A stretch of 64,000 nt of DNA from positions 39,304-103,303 of the forward strand of contig DATEKR010000320.1 of assembly GCA_035277345.1 (NCBI GenBank). Direction: 5' to 3'. Shown here piece after piece: positions 21,806 through 33,242 of this stretch. The first letter of the stretch is position 1. Each line of letters starts with the position of its first letter. The notes under the pieces are model-generated. The model was given only the letters and a program-made list of their open reading frames with translations. It had not been told where the DNA came from and did not search any database. Origin of the DNA: Enterobacteriaceae bacterium (GTDB lineage Bacteria > Pseudomonadota > Gammaproteobacteria > Enterobacterales > Enterobacteriaceae). Position numbers and translations under genes: made by a program.

Positions 21806-22294
21806 ATGAGTGAGATAGTGATACGCCCTGCCGAAACCCGCGATGCCGAGTCCATTCGCCAGATTTATGCGCAGCCTGAGGTGTATCGCGACGTGCTACA
21901 GCTACCCCATCCCACGCTGGACGGGTGGCAGGAGCGCCTCACTCCAACCGCAGGCCGCCGACATCTGCTGGCCTGCATTGACGAGAGGGTGGCAGGAAAC
22001 TTGACCCTGATCGTCGAGCAGAATCCGCGTCGCAGTCACGTTGCCACCTTTGGTATTGGCGTATCCCCCGCCTTTCAGGGGCGCGGCGTCGCCAGCGCGC
22101 TGATGGCCGAGATGGTAAACCTCTGCGACAACTGGCTGCGCATCACGCGTATTGAGCTGACGGTCTATACCGACAACCCTGCCGCACTGGCGCTTTACCG
22201 CAAGTTCGGGTTCGAGGTGGAAGGCACCGGCAGGCAGTACGCCCTGCGCGACGGGGAATTGGTGGATGCGTACTTTATGGCGCGAATGAAGTAA
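21806..22294 (+). CDS. yhhY: GNAT L-amino acid N-acetyltransferase
   Basis: FQGRGVASALM and NPAALALYRKFGF motifs; synteny with ryhB. Confidence 0.9.
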   Translation: MSEIVIRPAETRDAESIRQIYAQPEVYRDVLQLPHPTLDGWQERLTPTAGRRHLLACIDERVAGNLTLIVEQNPRRSHVATFGIGVSPAFQGRGVASALMAEMVNLCDNWLRITRIELTVYTDNPAALALYRKFGFEVEGTGRQYALRDGELVDAYFMARMK

Positions 22295-22303
22295 GCGGGA
22301 AAG

Positions 22304-22326
22304 CCCTCTCCCGGTGCGGGAGAGGG
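22304..22326. repeat. CCCTCTCCC/GGGAGAGGG palindromic unit (BoxC-like) between convergent genes
   Basis: CCCTCTCCC-GGTGC-GGGAGAGGG. A related CCCTCAC...GTGAGGG unit lies at about 28162-28201. Confidence 0.55.
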
Positions 22327-22334
22327 AAACACTA

Positions 22335-24083
22335 TTAATATCCGGCGGTTAAATCATCCACCGAACGCGGGTCCGATGCCCCGTACAGCGTGCCGTCCGG
22401 GCCCACCACAATGCTCTGGGTGCTGCCCATCGCCTCTTTCACTGCCACTTTCTGCCCTTTCTGCTCCAGCAGTTTCAGCGTGTCCGGGCTAAAGCCCTTC
22501 TCTACCCGTAGCTCGTCCGGCAACCACTGGTGATGGAAGCGTGGCGCGTTGGTAGCTTCGGCGATGTTCATTCCAAAATCGATGCTATTCACCACCATTT
22601 GCAGCACGGTGGTGATAATCCGGCTACCGCCAGGGCTGCCGGTGACCAGCCAGGTTTTGCCGTCTTTCACCACGATAGTCGGTGACATGGACGACAGCGG
22701 GCGTTTTTTCGGCCCGACGGCGTTGGCATCGCCGCCCACCAGCCCGTAAACATTTGGCACGCCGGGCTTGGCAGAGAAGTCATCCATTTCATTGTTCAGC
22801 AGAATACCGGTATTACCCGCCACAACCCCCGACCCGAAGGTGGTGTTCAGGGTATAGGTGACCGCTACCGCATTGCCGTCCTTATCCACCACCGAGTAAT
22901 GGGTGGTCTGGTTACTTTCATAGGGTTCAAGCTTGCCGGGGCGGATCTGGCTCGACGGTTTCGCTTTCGCCGGATCAATTTGCGCCGCTATCGATTTGGC
23001 GTACGCTTTGCTGGTTAACGCCTGCCAGGGGACGCGAACAAAATCCGGGTCGCCGAGGTATTCGGAGCGATCGGCATAGGCATATTTTTCCGCCTCCGCC
23101 ATCAGATGCATCGCATCGGCGCTGCCGAAGCCCGCCTTCGCCAGATCGAAATTCTCAAGGATATTGAGGATCTGCACAATATGGATCCCGCCGGAGGACG
23201 GTGGCGGCATCGAGAAGACCTGATAGCCGCGATAATCACCGCTTATCGGCTCCCGCTCCACCGCCTGGTAGCTGGCCAGATCGTTTTTATCGATTAAGCC
23301 ACCGTGCTTTTTCATCTCGGCGGCAATCTGGTCGGCTATCTCCCCTTTGTAGAAAGCATCCGGCCCCTGTTCGGCAATCAGCGCCAGGCTTTTCGCCAGG
23401 TTAGCCTGCACCAGCCTGTCACCCTTTTTCAGCGGCTCACCTGCCTTCCAGAAGATGGCTTTACTGTTCTCATGGTTGGGGAGCACCTCGCTGCCGTAGG
23501 TTTTCAGATCGTCAGCAAGGGCATCGTTGACCATAAACCCCTCTTTCGCCAGCTTCAGCGCGGGCTGAATCACTTTTTTCAGCGGCAGCGTGCCGTACTT
23601 TTCCTGCGCCAGTGAGAAACCAGCAACCGTGCCCGGCACGCCGGAGGCCAGATGCGAGGTCAGAGATTTTTTACTGTCGGGGTTGCCCTGGTCATCGAGA
23701 AACATATCCCGGGTAGCCGCCGCCGGGGCCATTTCGCGGAAATCGATAGCGGTGGTTTTTCCCTCTTTGGTACGCAGCATCATAAAGCCGCCGCCGCCGA
23801 GATTCCCGGCCTGAGGATGCGTCACCGCCAGGACATATCCCACTGCAACGGCAGCATCGACGGCGTTGCCACCCTGCTCAAGGATTTCCACCCCGGCACG
23901 GGTGGCTGCGGCATCCACCGAGGCGACCATGCCCTGCTTCGCCCGCACGGGATGAAACACATCGGCTTCGACGCCATAGGAAACGGGCGGTGCGGTGGGT
24001 TGTGGCGCGGCAGTAACGCTAAAACAGGCGGCGGTGGTCAGCGCAGCAATCGCCGCCCAACGCACCAGATGTGGTTTGATCAT
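22335..24083 (-). CDS. ggt: Gamma-glutamyltranspeptidase
   Basis: Signal peptide; autocleavage site [25 protein letters not shown]. Confidence 0.96.
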   Translation of the reverse strand: MIKPHLVRWAAIAALTTAACFSVTAAPQPTAPPVSYGVEADVFHPVRAKQGMVASVDAAATRAGVEILEQGGNAVDAAVAVGYVLAVTHPQAGNLGGGGFMMLRTKEGKTTAIDFREMAPAAATRDMFLDDQGNPDSKKSLTSHLASGVPGTVAGFSLAQEKYGTLPLKKVIQPALKLAKEGFMVNDALADDLKTYGSEVLPNHENSKAIFWKAGEPLKKGDRLVQANLAKSLALIAEQGPDAFYKGEIADQIAAEMKKHGGLIDKNDLASYQAVEREPISGDYRGYQVFSMPPPSSGGIHIVQILNILENFDLAKAGFGSADAMHLMAEAEKYAYADRSEYLGDPDFVRVPWQALTSKAYAKSIAAQIDPAKAKPSSQIRPGKLEPYESNQTTHYSVVDKDGNAVAVTYTLNTTFGSGVVAGNTGILLNNEMDDFSAKPGVPNVYGLVGGDANAVGPKKRPLSSMSPTIVVKDGKTWLVTGSPGGSRIITTVLQMVVNSIDFGMNIAEATNAPRFHHQWLPDELRVEKGFSPDTLKLLEQKGQKVAVKEAMGSTQSIVVGPDGTLYGASDPRSVDDLTAGY

Positions 24084-24201
24084 CGTTGTTCTCCAGAGCT
24101 ATGGGCTACAGTCCCCATATAAGCCTGGTGCACAACTCCTAAAAAAACATGCTGTCGATGGAAAAGGGGTAAACTTAAGCTATCCCTGCCGGGAGGAGAA
24201 A

Positions 24202-24600
24202 ATGATGAAACGACTCTTAATTTTGGCCGCGCTGGTGCCCTTCGCGGGCCTGGCACAGCCGCTGAACACCACCAATAACCCTAATCTTCCGGGCTATCAG
24301 AACCCCAGCCAGCAGCGGATGCAGACTCAGATGCTGAATCAGCAAAGCCAGCAGCAGGGCATGCTGAAACAGCAGATGCAGAGCCAGACGCAGCTTCAGC
24401 AGCAGCATCTGCAGACGCAGTTCAATAACAATACCCAGCGTATCCAGCAGGCCCAGCCGGGCAACCTTCAGCCACTACCCAATAACGGCAAAGGTATGCT
24501 GACGCCGACAGAGCGTGCCACCGGTCAGCAACATCTGCTGCAGGAAAGACACAACGGCGACATGCTGAAAAAGCCGCAAACCGTACCGCTTAATCCTTAA
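24202..24600 (+). CDS. yhhA: Secreted Gln-rich protein (DUF2756)
   Basis: [14 protein letters not shown] signal peptide, [27 protein letters not shown]; synteny. Confidence 0.88.
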   Translation: MMKRLLILAALVPFAGLAQPLNTTNNPNLPGYQNPSQQRMQTQMLNQQSQQQGMLKQQMQSQTQLQQQHLQTQFNNNTQRIQQAQPGNLQPLPNNGKGMLTPTERATGQQHLLQERHNGDMLKKPQTVPLNP

Positions 24601-25337
24601 GGGCGGAAATCCGGGCCGATCTCATCGATGTTATCGGTACAGATGCAGTCAACGCCCCAGCTCAACAGCTCTGCCGCACGGCGGGGCTGGTTGACGGTGT
24701 AGACCAGAATGCGCAGACCGGCCTCTTTCAGCATGGCCACGCGTGCCTCGTCCAGCAACTGATGATTAAGATGGATAGAGACGCAGGCCAGACGGTCGGT
24801 AAGCTCACGCCAGTCTTCCCGCCACTCATCCAACAGCAGACCACGCGGCAGCTCCGGTGCCGCCTGCTGTGCCGCCTCCAGCGCATCAATCTCAAAGGAC
24901 GACAGCAGCGGTGCAGGCATGCCGCGCCACAGCTCACGCGCCGCCCGCGCCACCACACTGCCCGTATGTGGCCCGGTGCCGGTGGTTGGCTTTATCTCGA
25001 TATTGGCCATCATCCCGTGCTCCCGGCAGCGCATCGCCACTTCAGAAAGCAGCGGCAGCGGCTCGCCTTTAAACTCGCCGCTAAACCAGCTCCCGGCATC
25101 CACCTTGAGCAGATCGTTCCACAGCAGATCGCCGGCGACGCCCCAGCCGTTGCTGGTACGTTCGAGATTGTCGTCATGTAGCAGGAAAATGTAGCCATCC
25201 CGCGACAATTTAACGTCAAATTCGATCATTGTGTGGCCGTGGTGCGCGCCCACGTCGATAGCCGCCAGGGTATTTTCAGGCGCCCGTTTGCCGCCGCCCC
25301 GATGGGAGACGATAGGCGGATAAGGCCAGTTGCTCAT
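24597..25337 (-). CDS. ugpQ: Glycerophosphodiester phosphodiesterase
   Basis: HRGG, PENT, EFDVKL, LHD motifs. Confidence 0.95.
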   Translation of the reverse strand: MSNWPYPPIVSHRGGGKRAPENTLAAIDVGAHHGHTMIEFDVKLSRDGYIFLLHDDNLERTSNGWGVAGDLLWNDLLKVDAGSWFSGEFKGEPLPLLSEVAMRCREHGMMANIEIKPTTGTGPHTGSVVARAARELWRGMPAPLLSSFEIDALEAAQQAAPELPRGLLLDEWREDWRELTDRLACVSIHLNHQLLDEARVAMLKEAGLRILVYTVNQPRRAAELLSWGVDCICTDNIDEIGPDFRP

Positions 25338-26407
25338 ACACGTTGTCCTGTTTCACCATCAAAGAGGTGCAGGTGGTTTTCCGGAAGATGCAGCCACAGC
25401 GTGGTGCCTGCCGCCGGGCGCTCCTGGTGTGCCAGTCGGACCACCATTTTCTGCTCGCCCCAGCGACCGTGGGCCAGGTTATCTGCCCCCAGCATCTCCA
25501 GCGTATCCATCACCAGCGGGATACCGCCTGCTGCCTGAGAGCTTAACCCAATATGTTCCGGGCGAATACCCAGCGTCATTTTTCGCCCGGCGAGGTTACG
25601 ATAGTTCCAGTTAATCGGCAGCGCCATCCCGCTTGCCAGCTCAAAATGCGCACCGTCCTCGCTGATACGTCCTTCCAGCAGGTTCATCGCCGGACTGCCG
25701 ATAAAGCTCGCCACAAAACGGCTGGCGGGCTTTTCATAGACCTCTACCGGGGTGCCGATCTGCTCCGCCACGCCTTTGTTCATCACCATCACCCGCTGGG
25801 CAAGCGTCATGGCTTCCACCTGATCGTGGGTTACGTACAGAGAGGTGGTATTCAGGCGGCGGTGCAGCTGCTGCAGCTCAAGACGCATCTGCACGCGCAG
25901 TTTGGCGTCGAGGTTAGAGAGCGGTTCATCGAACAGGAATACTGCCGGATCGCGCACAATCGCACGGCCCATTGCCACACGCTGACGCTGGCCGCCAGAG
26001 AGTTCACGCGGGCGACGCTTCAGCAGGCCGTCCAGCTCCAGAATTCTTGCGGCTTCCTGCACGCGCTCAGCAATATGCGTCTTGCCCATACCGCGAATTT
26101 TAAGGCCCCAGGCCATATTCTCTTCGACGCTCATATGCGGGTAGAGGGCGTAATTCTGGAAAACCATGGCAATGCCGCGCTCTTTGGGTTCCAGCTCCGT
26201 CACCCGCTGGCGGTCAATCCAGATATCGCCGCTGGTCACGCGCTCCAGCCCGGCCACCATACGCAGCAGGGTCGATTTTCCGCAGCCCGACGGGCCAACC
26301 ATCACGATAAACTCGCCGTCGGCAACGTCGAGCGTCAGGGGCTGGATCACCTGGGTTTTACCGTTGTCCCAGCTCTTCGCAACTGCCTGTAATTTTAATC
26401 CGGCCAT
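25334..26407 (-). CDS. ugpC: sn-glycerol-3-phosphate ABC transporter ATPase
   Basis: GPSGCGKS and LSGGQRQR. Confidence 0.95.
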   Translation of the reverse strand: MAGLKLQAVAKSWDNGKTQVIQPLTLDVADGEFIVMVGPSGCGKSTLLRMVAGLERVTSGDIWIDRQRVTELEPKERGIAMVFQNYALYPHMSVEENMAWGLKIRGMGKTHIAERVQEAARILELDGLLKRRPRELSGGQRQRVAMGRAIVRDPAVFLFDEPLSNLDAKLRVQMRLELQQLHRRLNTTSLYVTHDQVEAMTLAQRVMVMNKGVAEQIGTPVEVYEKPASRFVASFIGSPAMNLLEGRISEDGAHFELASGMALPINWNYRNLAGRKMTLGIRPEHIGLSSQAAGGIPLVMDTLEMLGADNLAHGRWGEQKMVVRLAHQERPAAGTTLWLHLPENHLHLFDGETGQRV

Positions 26408-26408
26408 G

Positions 26409-27254
26409 CTATTTCTCACTGTCTACGAGGCCGCGCACAAACGCGCGCTGCATTGCTAATACGATAATGACCGGTGGGATCAGGGTCAGCAGCATCGCCG
26501 CCATCACCTGGTTCCAGGCCGTGGTGCCTTCACCGGCAGAGATCATGCCCTTAATCCCGGCGACCGCCGTCCCGAGGTTAACGTCGCTGACAATCAGCAG
26601 CGGCCACAGGTACTGGTTCCAGCCGTAGATAAAGGTGATCACAAACAGCGCCGCAAGATTGGTTTTCGACAGCGGCAGGACGATGTCGCGGAAAAAGCGC
26701 ATCGGCGAGGCACCGTCAATCCTGGCGGCTTCAATCAGCTCGTCCGGCAGCGTCATAAAGAACTGACGGAACAGGAAGGTGGCGGTGGCCGACGCCATCA
26801 ACGGCAGCGTCAGACCGGTGTAGCTGTCGAGCATATTAAGGTTGGCGATCACCTCGACCGTCGGAAAGATACGCACTTCAACCGGCAGCATCAGGGTGAT
26901 AAAAATCATCCAGAAGAAGAGGTTACGCAGCGGAAAACGGAACCAGACGATGGCAAAAGCCGACAGCATCGAGACGGTGATTTTGCCAACGGTGATCCCG
27001 AAGGCCATCACAAAGCTGTTAAACAACATCAGCCAGAACGGCGCGCTGTTCGCCCCCACGCCCTGTAGCCAGATGGTCTTCATATTCTCCAGCAGATGAC
27101 CACCAGGGATCAGGGTCATCGGCGTCTCATAGATAGCCTGGTTATCCAGCGTCGCCGCCACAAAGGCGACGTACAGCGGGAACAGAATGACGGCGATCCC
27201 GAGGATCAGCATCAGGTGGCTGAAAATGGTCAGCCCGCGACGGTTCTCAATCAT
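26409..27254 (-). CDS. ugpE: G3P ABC transporter permease
   Basis: MIENRRGL N-terminus; EAARIDGA loop. Confidence 0.95.
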   Translation of the reverse strand: MIENRRGLTIFSHLMLILGIAVILFPLYVAFVAATLDNQAIYETPMTLIPGGHLLENMKTIWLQGVGANSAPFWLMLFNSFVMAFGITVGKITVSMLSAFAIVWFRFPLRNLFFWMIFITLMLPVEVRIFPTVEVIANLNMLDSYTGLTLPLMASATATFLFRQFFMTLPDELIEAARIDGASPMRFFRDIVLPLSKTNLAALFVITFIYGWNQYLWPLLIVSDVNLGTAVAGIKGMISAGEGTTAWNQVMAAMLLTLIPPVIIVLAMQRAFVRGLVDSEK

Positions 27255-28138
27255 TGGTAACGCACCTTACTTTCCACGTAGCGGAACTGAACCACCGTCA
27301 GCACGATCACCAGCCCCATCAGGACGACCGACTGAGCAGCAGAAGCGGAGAGATCCAGCCCGGCAAAGCCTTCGCGGTAAATTTTGTAGATAAGCGTCGT
27401 GGTTGCCTGCACCGGGCCACCGGCCGTCGCGGCGTCAATCACCGGGAAGGTATCAAAGAAGGCGTAGACCAGGTTGACCACCAGCAGGAAGAAGCTGACC
27501 GGCGCAATCAGCGGCAGCGACAGCTTAAAGAAGCGGCGTACAGGTCCGGCACCGTCCATCGCGGCGGCTTCCACCAGCGAACGGGGAATTGACTGCAGCG
27601 CGGCAAAGAAGAACAGGAAGTTGTAGCTGATCTGCTTCCAGACCGAGGCGAACACCACCAGGAACATCGCCTGCCCGCTGTTCTGGGCGTGGTTCCAGTC
27701 ATAGCCGAACTGCTCCAGCAGATGGGTAATCAGCCCGCGTCCAGGGTTAAACAGGAAAATCCATAGTACGGCGGCAACCGCAGGTGCGACCGCATAAGGC
27801 AGCAGCATCAGCGTTTGATACATGCGGCTGCCACGCACCACATAATCCACCAGGGCGGCGAAAAACAGCGACGATAACAGACCGCCGACGGTGACCATGG
27901 CGCTGAATTTAATGGTGGTCCAGAAGGAGTCGAGGTAGTAAGGGTCGTGGAACAGCGACACAAAATTATCCAGGCCGACAAACTGGCTGGAAAGACCAAA
28001 AGGATCAACGCTTTGCAGTGAATACCACAGCGCTTCGCCCGCGGGCCAGATAAAGAAGATAACGGTGATGACCAGCTGCGGCGCGACCAGCAGATAGGGC
28101 AGCCAGCGCGAGCGGAATACCGGACGGGATGATGACAT
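27251..28138 (-). CDS. ugpA: G3P ABC transporter permease
   Basis: [23 protein letters not shown] loop. Confidence 0.95.
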   Translation of the reverse strand: MSSSRPVFRSRWLPYLLVAPQLVITVIFFIWPAGEALWYSLQSVDPFGLSSQFVGLDNFVSLFHDPYYLDSFWTTIKFSAMVTVGGLLSSLFFAALVDYVVRGSRMYQTLMLLPYAVAPAVAAVLWIFLFNPGRGLITHLLEQFGYDWNHAQNSGQAMFLVVFASVWKQISYNFLFFFAALQSIPRSLVEAAAMDGAGPVRRFFKLSLPLIAPVSFFLLVVNLVYAFFDTFPVIDAATAGGPVQATTTLIYKIYREGFAGLDLSASAAQSVVLMGLVIVLTVVQFRYVESKVRYQ

Positions 28139-28210
28139 AGTTAAGCTCAGCGTTAGATATGCCCTCACCCCGAGCCCTCGGGACGAGGGTCGGAGTGAGG
28201 GTAAGAAAGA

Positions 28211-29527
28211 TTACGACTTAGTGGACTGCTCGAAGCGACGCAGCAGCTGATTACCACGCTCAACGGCGGTATCCAGCGCCTGCTGCGGGGTTTTCTTACC
28301 GGTCCATACGCTTTCCAGCTCTTCATCAACGATGGTGCGGATCTGCGGCATATTGCCCAGGCGCAGGCCTTTAGTGAACGGCAACGGCGGCTTGTTCAGC
28401 ATCTGGCGAGTCGCGGTATCGGCACCCGGGTTCTTGTCATAGAAGCCCTGCTCGCGGGTCAGGTCGTAGGCCGCGGTGGTGATTGGCAGATAGCCGGTTT
28501 TCTGGTGCCACTCGGCAGCGTTTTCAGGCTTAGCCAGGAACTCGAGGAACTTCGCCACGCCGGTATAGGTCGGCTTGTCTTTGCCCTGCATAACCCACAG
28601 ACTCGCTCCGCCGATAATGGCGTTCTGCGGTGCACCTTTGACGTCTGCGTCGTAAGGCATCATGCCCACACCGTAGTTAAATTTGGCGTAGTGGCGGATA
28701 TCAGCCAGCGAGCCGGAAGAGGCGGTGGTGATCGCACAGTCGCCGCTGTAGAACTTCTCGGTGGACTCGTCTTTACGACCGAAGTAGCTGAAATCACCCT
28801 TCTTGTTCAGTTCCTGCAGCAGGGCGATATGTTTCACCTGCTCCGGCTTGTTGAACTCCAGAACCGCGTCGGTGCCGTCGAAGCCGTTGTTTTTAGTCGC
28901 AACCGGCAGACCGTGCCAGGCGCTGAAGTTTTCAATCTGGATCCAGCCCTGCCAGCCGCTGGCGTAGCCACACTTCATGCCTGCTGCTTTCAGCTTCGCG
29001 GTATAGGCGGCCAGGTCCTGCCAGGTTTTCGGCGGCTGCTCCGGATCTAAACCGGCTTTTTTGAAGGCGTCTTTGTTGTAGTACAGCACCGGCGTGGAGC
29101 TGTTAAACGGCTGAGACAGCAGGTGACCGGTTTTCGAGTCGGTGTAGTAACCGGACACGGTCGGGACAAACTGGGATTCGTCAAACTTGATGCCCGCATC
29201 GCTGAAGACTTCGTACACCGGCTTGATCGCCTTAGACGCCATCATGGTGGCGGTGCCGACTTCGTATACCTGCAGGAGCGCCGGAGCGGTACCGGTACGG
29301 AAAGCGGCAATACCTGCGCTCAGGCTCTGTTCGTAGTTGCCTTTATACACCGGCACAATTTTGTAATCCGGATTGGCCGCGTTAAAACGTTGCGCCAGGG
29401 AGTCAACTTCTTTACCTAACTCGCCTTCCATAGAGTGCCAGAACGGAATGGAGGTAACGGCCATTGCATTGCCTGCAAATGCCAGCGTTAATGCCATGCC
29501 TAAAGCTGTATGTCGTAACGATTTCAT
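28211..29527 (-). CDS. ugpB: G3P ABC transporter periplasmic binding protein
   Basis: Signal peptide followed by [12 protein letters not shown]. Confidence 0.95.
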   Translation of the reverse strand: MKSLRHTALGMALTLAFAGNAMAVTSIPFWHSMEGELGKEVDSLAQRFNAANPDYKIVPVYKGNYEQSLSAGIAAFRTGTAPALLQVYEVGTATMMASKAIKPVYEVFSDAGIKFDESQFVPTVSGYYTDSKTGHLLSQPFNSSTPVLYYNKDAFKKAGLDPEQPPKTWQDLAAYTAKLKAAGMKCGYASGWQGWIQIENFSAWHGLPVATKNNGFDGTDAVLEFNKPEQVKHIALLQELNKKGDFSYFGRKDESTEKFYSGDCAITTASSGSLADIRHYAKFNYGVGMMPYDADVKGAPQNAIIGGASLWVMQGKDKPTYTGVAKFLEFLAKPENAAEWHQKTGYLPITTAAYDLTREQGFYDKNPGADTATRQMLNKPPLPFTKGLRLGNMPQIRTIVDEELESVWTGKKTPQQALDTAVERGNQLLRRFEQSTKS

Positions 29528-29587
29528 TCGGTTATCTCTCTTGTTGTGCCGGATGCGCGAAATCACGCGTTTGATGCTCGCGAGGTA

Positions 29588-29642
29588 ACATGACACGCTC
29601 GAATGACAGAAAAATAACCGTTTAATTACAAAACGATGACAA
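29588..29642 (-). promoter_or_regulatory. Tandem PhoB (Pho) boxes of the ugp promoter
   Basis: Minus strand TTGTCAT-N4-TTGTAAT-N4-CGGTTAT-N4-CTGTCAT, an 11-bp periodicity. Confidence 0.8.
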
Positions 29643-29649
29643 CCAGGCG

Positions 29650-29769
29650 TCAGGAAGATGGCGGGGGGATGATGGAAACATGACGAAAAAATGGCGGAAA
29701 ATGGCGGAGCCGCTTAGAAGCGATAGTGAAACGGATTATCTCTCCTGCTGAGATAATCCGTATGGTCAT
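29650..29769 (-). pseudogene. doc: Remnant of Doc (Fic-family) toxin with large internal deletion
   Basis: ATG overlaps the phd stop (ATGA). Reads [22 protein letters not shown]..., resembling the N- and C-termini of enterobacterial Doc as I recall them. No HxFxDGNKR motif. Confidence 0.6.
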
Positions 29770-29957
29770 TTATCCGCCAGCTCTCGAAGCTCATTGCCAT
29801 GAACCGCCATGATTTCAGCAAACTCAGCATCCATCCTTCCCACTGGATAAGGATCAAATTCTTCAGAGCTAATAATCGCTGGCGATTTATGACTCAGGCG
29901 GGTATCCAGCGCTTCGGCCAGATTCAGCCTAATTTCCCTGTATTTATTGGTGTGCAT
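29766..29957 (-). pseudogene. phd: Degenerate Phd/YefM antitoxin (YhhV-like)
   Basis: 63 aa. YREIRLNLAEAL and HKSPAIISSEEF...MDAEFAEIMAVHGNELRELADK match Phd/YhhV; the central ~10-aa segment appears to be missing. Confidence 0.75.
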
Positions 29958-30027
29958 AGGTCGTCCCGGAATTCATCTACGCCTATCGCGTGCAAGAATG
30001 GAGCCTCGTCTAAAAAACCATTCATTA

Positions 30028-31311
30028 CTACGCCTCGGTCAGAAACCGCCAGTGCACCTGCTGTTGCTGCTCGATGCGTTTGCTGCCCAGCGGCCAGATA
30101 CGGTGCTGGTAGTACACCACCGTATCGGTGGGCATAATCGTTCCCTCATCAACGTACAGGATCTCGTCCTTGCTGATACCGCGATACGGTAACCACGCTA
30201 TCTGCCAGTAACCACTTTTCGGGCACGGCTCGCCGGTCTGGCACAACAGTTTTGCAACCGGCTCTTTATCAAAGTTCGCTGAGGAAGGCAGGGGCCTGCC
30301 CGTTGCCGGGTTCAGCTGTTGCTGCCTTGCCAGCTTCGCTATCAGCGCCTCATTGGGTTTTGTCGGCTGCACATTCGCCTTCCGGGCCTCCACCCATTTC
30401 ACTTTGCCGTCCCAGACCGGCAATGGTGCGGGTGGCAGAGGCACAATATCGTTGATTTCCGGGATGCCTGGGTGGGCATAGGCGTAGTCCGACAGTATTT
30501 TCCAGATTTTTTTATAACGACTGACGCGTTCGGGATCGTGTTGCTGGCCCAGGTAATACAGATCATCTGTCGGCTCTGGTCCGTTAAATCCGTTCTCTAA
30601 AAAACTGGCTGAACTCGGAGTGCCCGCTGCTACTCCCAGCTGGAATGCCTCAATCGCTTCCTGATAGCGCCCTTTACCTTTTAAGTTAACGCCAAGAGAG
30701 CTGGCTACGTCCCCTTCACCCTGCTCAGCGGCACAACGCCACATTTGTCGGGCAACATCCCCGGTTCCCTCTATCTGGAATAATTTGTTGCCGACAGAGG
30801 CCTGGGCCAGGGCACTCCCCTCATCCGCCGCCTTGCGGTAATAGCGCAGCGCCTTCTCCTCATCCTTTTTCAGCCCACCCGCCCCGTACTGCAGATAAAT
30901 GGCGATAAAGTAGTATCCCGTTGCCACCTGCTTATCAATCAGGCCCTGGCTCATCCGCAGCTGTTCCGCGCCGGAGACAGAGAAGTGGCCCCGTAGCGCG
31001 CCATTCAGCAGATTGATACCGGCTTTGACGTGCCCGTCAGCAGCCGCAATGCGGTACAGCCGCTCGACTTGTTTATCGACGGCAGTATCTTCCTTAAGCT
31101 GGTTATTGACCTGCAGCCAGCGGGCATACTTAAACAGCACATCCGCATCAGCTGACGGCTCCGGCAGGGTTTCATGCCGGCAGGTAAAGGCCAGCCGGGC
31201 GTTAATATCGGTAAGCGGGTCCATCGCAATATCCTTATTGACAGTGGACGGGGCGCTCCCCCCGTCACAGGCCGCCAGCAGCAGGCTGGCTAACAGCAGC
31301 AGGCTCCGCAT
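30028..31311 (-). CDS. SEL1-repeat lipoprotein, Tli5-like T6SS immunity protein (DUF6396-like)
   Basis: Lipobox LLLAAC; SEL1 repeats (KALRYYRKAADEG, WRCAAEQG); EINDIVPLPPAPLPVWDG; C-terminal CQTGEPCPKSGYW. Start overlaps the PLD stop (TGATG). Confidence 0.82.
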   Translation of the reverse strand: MRSLLLLASLLLAACDGGSAPSTVNKDIAMDPLTDINARLAFTCRHETLPEPSADADVLFKYARWLQVNNQLKEDTAVDKQVERLYRIAAADGHVKAGINLLNGALRGHFSVSGAEQLRMSQGLIDKQVATGYYFIAIYLQYGAGGLKKDEEKALRYYRKAADEGSALAQASVGNKLFQIEGTGDVARQMWRCAAEQGEGDVASSLGVNLKGKGRYQEAIEAFQLGVAAGTPSSASFLENGFNGPEPTDDLYYLGQQHDPERVSRYKKIWKILSDYAYAHPGIPEINDIVPLPPAPLPVWDGKVKWVEARKANVQPTKPNEALIAKLARQQQLNPATGRPLPSSANFDKEPVAKLLCQTGEPCPKSGYWQIAWLPYRGISKDEILYVDEGTIMPTDTVVYYQHRIWPLGSKRIEQQQQVHWRFLTEA

Positions 31312-33173
31312 CAGTCCATATCCTTCAGCGTGGCTTTGCTGTACAGAAATTTAATCAGAGGTACCTCTGGCGCTTTTCTGGCTTCCGGACTCTGGTTATC
31401 TTCATTCAATTTGAGAAGATCCTCCCAGGCTTTGAACGCCTCCGCAGGATCGTCCTGCGCACCCCGCCCGCTGGTGTGCATATTCCACAGTCGTTGCCGT
31501 AATGCCTTCGTCACGCTGGCCCACTCATGGGCAATATTCATCTCGCTGTCTACCTGCATACTGCGGGTATTGATATTGGCCGACCCGTGGGTGGTAAAGA
31601 CATCATTAACAATCATGAGTTTGGAGTGGATATACACCGGCATCCAGTTATGGGCAGGCGAATCCTTCGCCACCAGCGAGCAGATATGGACCTTCAGCCC
31701 GGGATGTGGCTCCGGGAGAATCACGCGTTCGGTTATCTCCCGGGCCTGACTGACATACTGCGCCAGCCGTGCCTGACCCGACGGGAGACCCGTATCACCG
31801 TACGCCTGGCCAGCGGCACCAAACGTCTCCTCCCTGAGCTTCTTCAGTTCGCGCTGCCGGGTTACTTCAGGGATGGTATCCGCCCGGCCAAGGCTGGCGA
31901 GCATACGCTGGGTATTGACCGTGCCTGCACCTATCCCCTCATCCGTCACGTTGGTCACGACAAACAGATGCAGATAGCCATGCTCCTCGGGTTTACTGCC
32001 GCCACCGGTACGCAGGGCTGATATTTTTTTTATGGCCTCTGCCAGCGGCGGCCAGCGGAAATACTGATTTTCAATATAAATAAGGTGCGTTGCGTTGTTG
32101 ACGGTCTGCAGATACAACTGCTCGATATCCCGGCGGTTTTCCTGCGCCTGGGTACGAAGAAGCTGCGCCATCAGCGGTGTGCCACAGTCGCGACGGGGCT
32201 TCAGTTTCTGGCTGACATCTGCCACATTACGCGACGCCAGCAGGTCTTCTCCCGTTTCCTTTCGCCAGCTCCGGGCAAAATTATCATGCAGGTCTGCCAG
32301 TATCGTCCCTGTAATCTGACAGGAGATATCCTGGCGGGGAAGCGCACCGCGTGGCCCCTTGTCAGGCGCAGGTTTATCGTCCCCGCGCTGCCGGGATGTG
32401 TGCGCATCCGTATCCCAGTATTCATCGAGCATGTTATGACCCATCACAAAACCAATAGCCGACTCCGGTAATTCAAAGTCCACCAGCACGGTTTTTTGAT
32501 GATGCGTGGCCGTCGCCGCCATGGTGCTAATCGTCTCGGCGCTGATATCCCGGTCAGTGGCCTGCAGGGCTGCGCGGTAAGCAATTTCAGCCCGGTCTTT
32601 CACGTTAAATCCACGGCTGGCATAGACCGGCGTCTCTGTCAGAAGCTGTTCAATGCTGATTTTACGCCGGTCTGTCAGACTCATCCCGGCAGCGGTAACG
32701 GCCTGTAACTTACTGGCGAACAGGTGTTCCCTGAACCACTGCTGGTCCCTGGCGTACTGCGCATCCGTGGCAGTCTGCCCGCGCCTGTCGCTGATGCTGA
32801 CGGGCCCCTTGCCGGGCAGATTGGCTTCGCCCGCCCAGCCTGCGGAGTTGAAAGGCATTTCCCAGCCGAGAACCCGGACCTGCACCTTTTTTTCACGCGC
32901 TATCTGTGCCAGCAGGTCACCAATACATAGCGTTTTACCGTCACGAATAAAATACATTGAGGGCTGAAAGCCCCAGCAGATGATATCGACAGATTTTCTG
33001 GCACCGGCGATGGCATGGTAGACGGCGGCAAAGGCTTCCTCCCCGTTCACAAGAGGTTTATAGGTTGCCGCGTGGGGACGGTATTGGGTGTACTGGACAA
33101 ACCAGGGGGCCGTGATCGTGCAGCAACCATTGTCTGCGGACGAAATGGGTACAACAATGTCAGGTAGCTTCAT
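31311..33173 (-). CDS. Phospholipase D superfamily protein, Tle5-like T6SS lipase effector
   Basis: Two HxKxxxxD motifs (HQKTVLVD, HSKLMIVND), LVNGEEAF, YIENQYF, GSANINTRSM. No signal peptide. Start set at MKLPD. Confidence 0.85.
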   Translation of the reverse strand: MKLPDIVVPISSADNGCCTITAPWFVQYTQYRPHAATYKPLVNGEEAFAAVYHAIAGARKSVDIICWGFQPSMYFIRDGKTLCIGDLLAQIAREKKVQVRVLGWEMPFNSAGWAGEANLPGKGPVSISDRRGQTATDAQYARDQQWFREHLFASKLQAVTAAGMSLTDRRKISIEQLLTETPVYASRGFNVKDRAEIAYRAALQATDRDISAETISTMAATATHHQKTVLVDFELPESAIGFVMGHNMLDEYWDTDAHTSRQRGDDKPAPDKGPRGALPRQDISCQITGTILADLHDNFARSWRKETGEDLLASRNVADVSQKLKPRRDCGTPLMAQLLRTQAQENRRDIEQLYLQTVNNATHLIYIENQYFRWPPLAEAIKKISALRTGGGSKPEEHGYLHLFVVTNVTDEGIGAGTVNTQRMLASLGRADTIPEVTRQRELKKLREETFGAAGQAYGDTGLPSGQARLAQYVSQAREITERVILPEPHPGLKVHICSLVAKDSPAHNWMPVYIHSKLMIVNDVFTTHGSANINTRSMQVDSEMNIAHEWASVTKALRQRLWNMHTSGRGAQDDPAEAFKAWEDLLKLNEDNQSPEARKAPEVPLIKFLYSKATLKDMD

Positions 33174-33242
33174 GTGCGTTCTTCCCTGTCGCTTCTGATA
33201 ACACTTTTGTGGGTGTTTTTTCACCACAAAATCCCTGTGGTG

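Noticed and set aside
24290..24460. CAG-rich repetitive sequence
   Set aside because: Reflects the normal Gln-rich composition of YhhA, not a repeat element.
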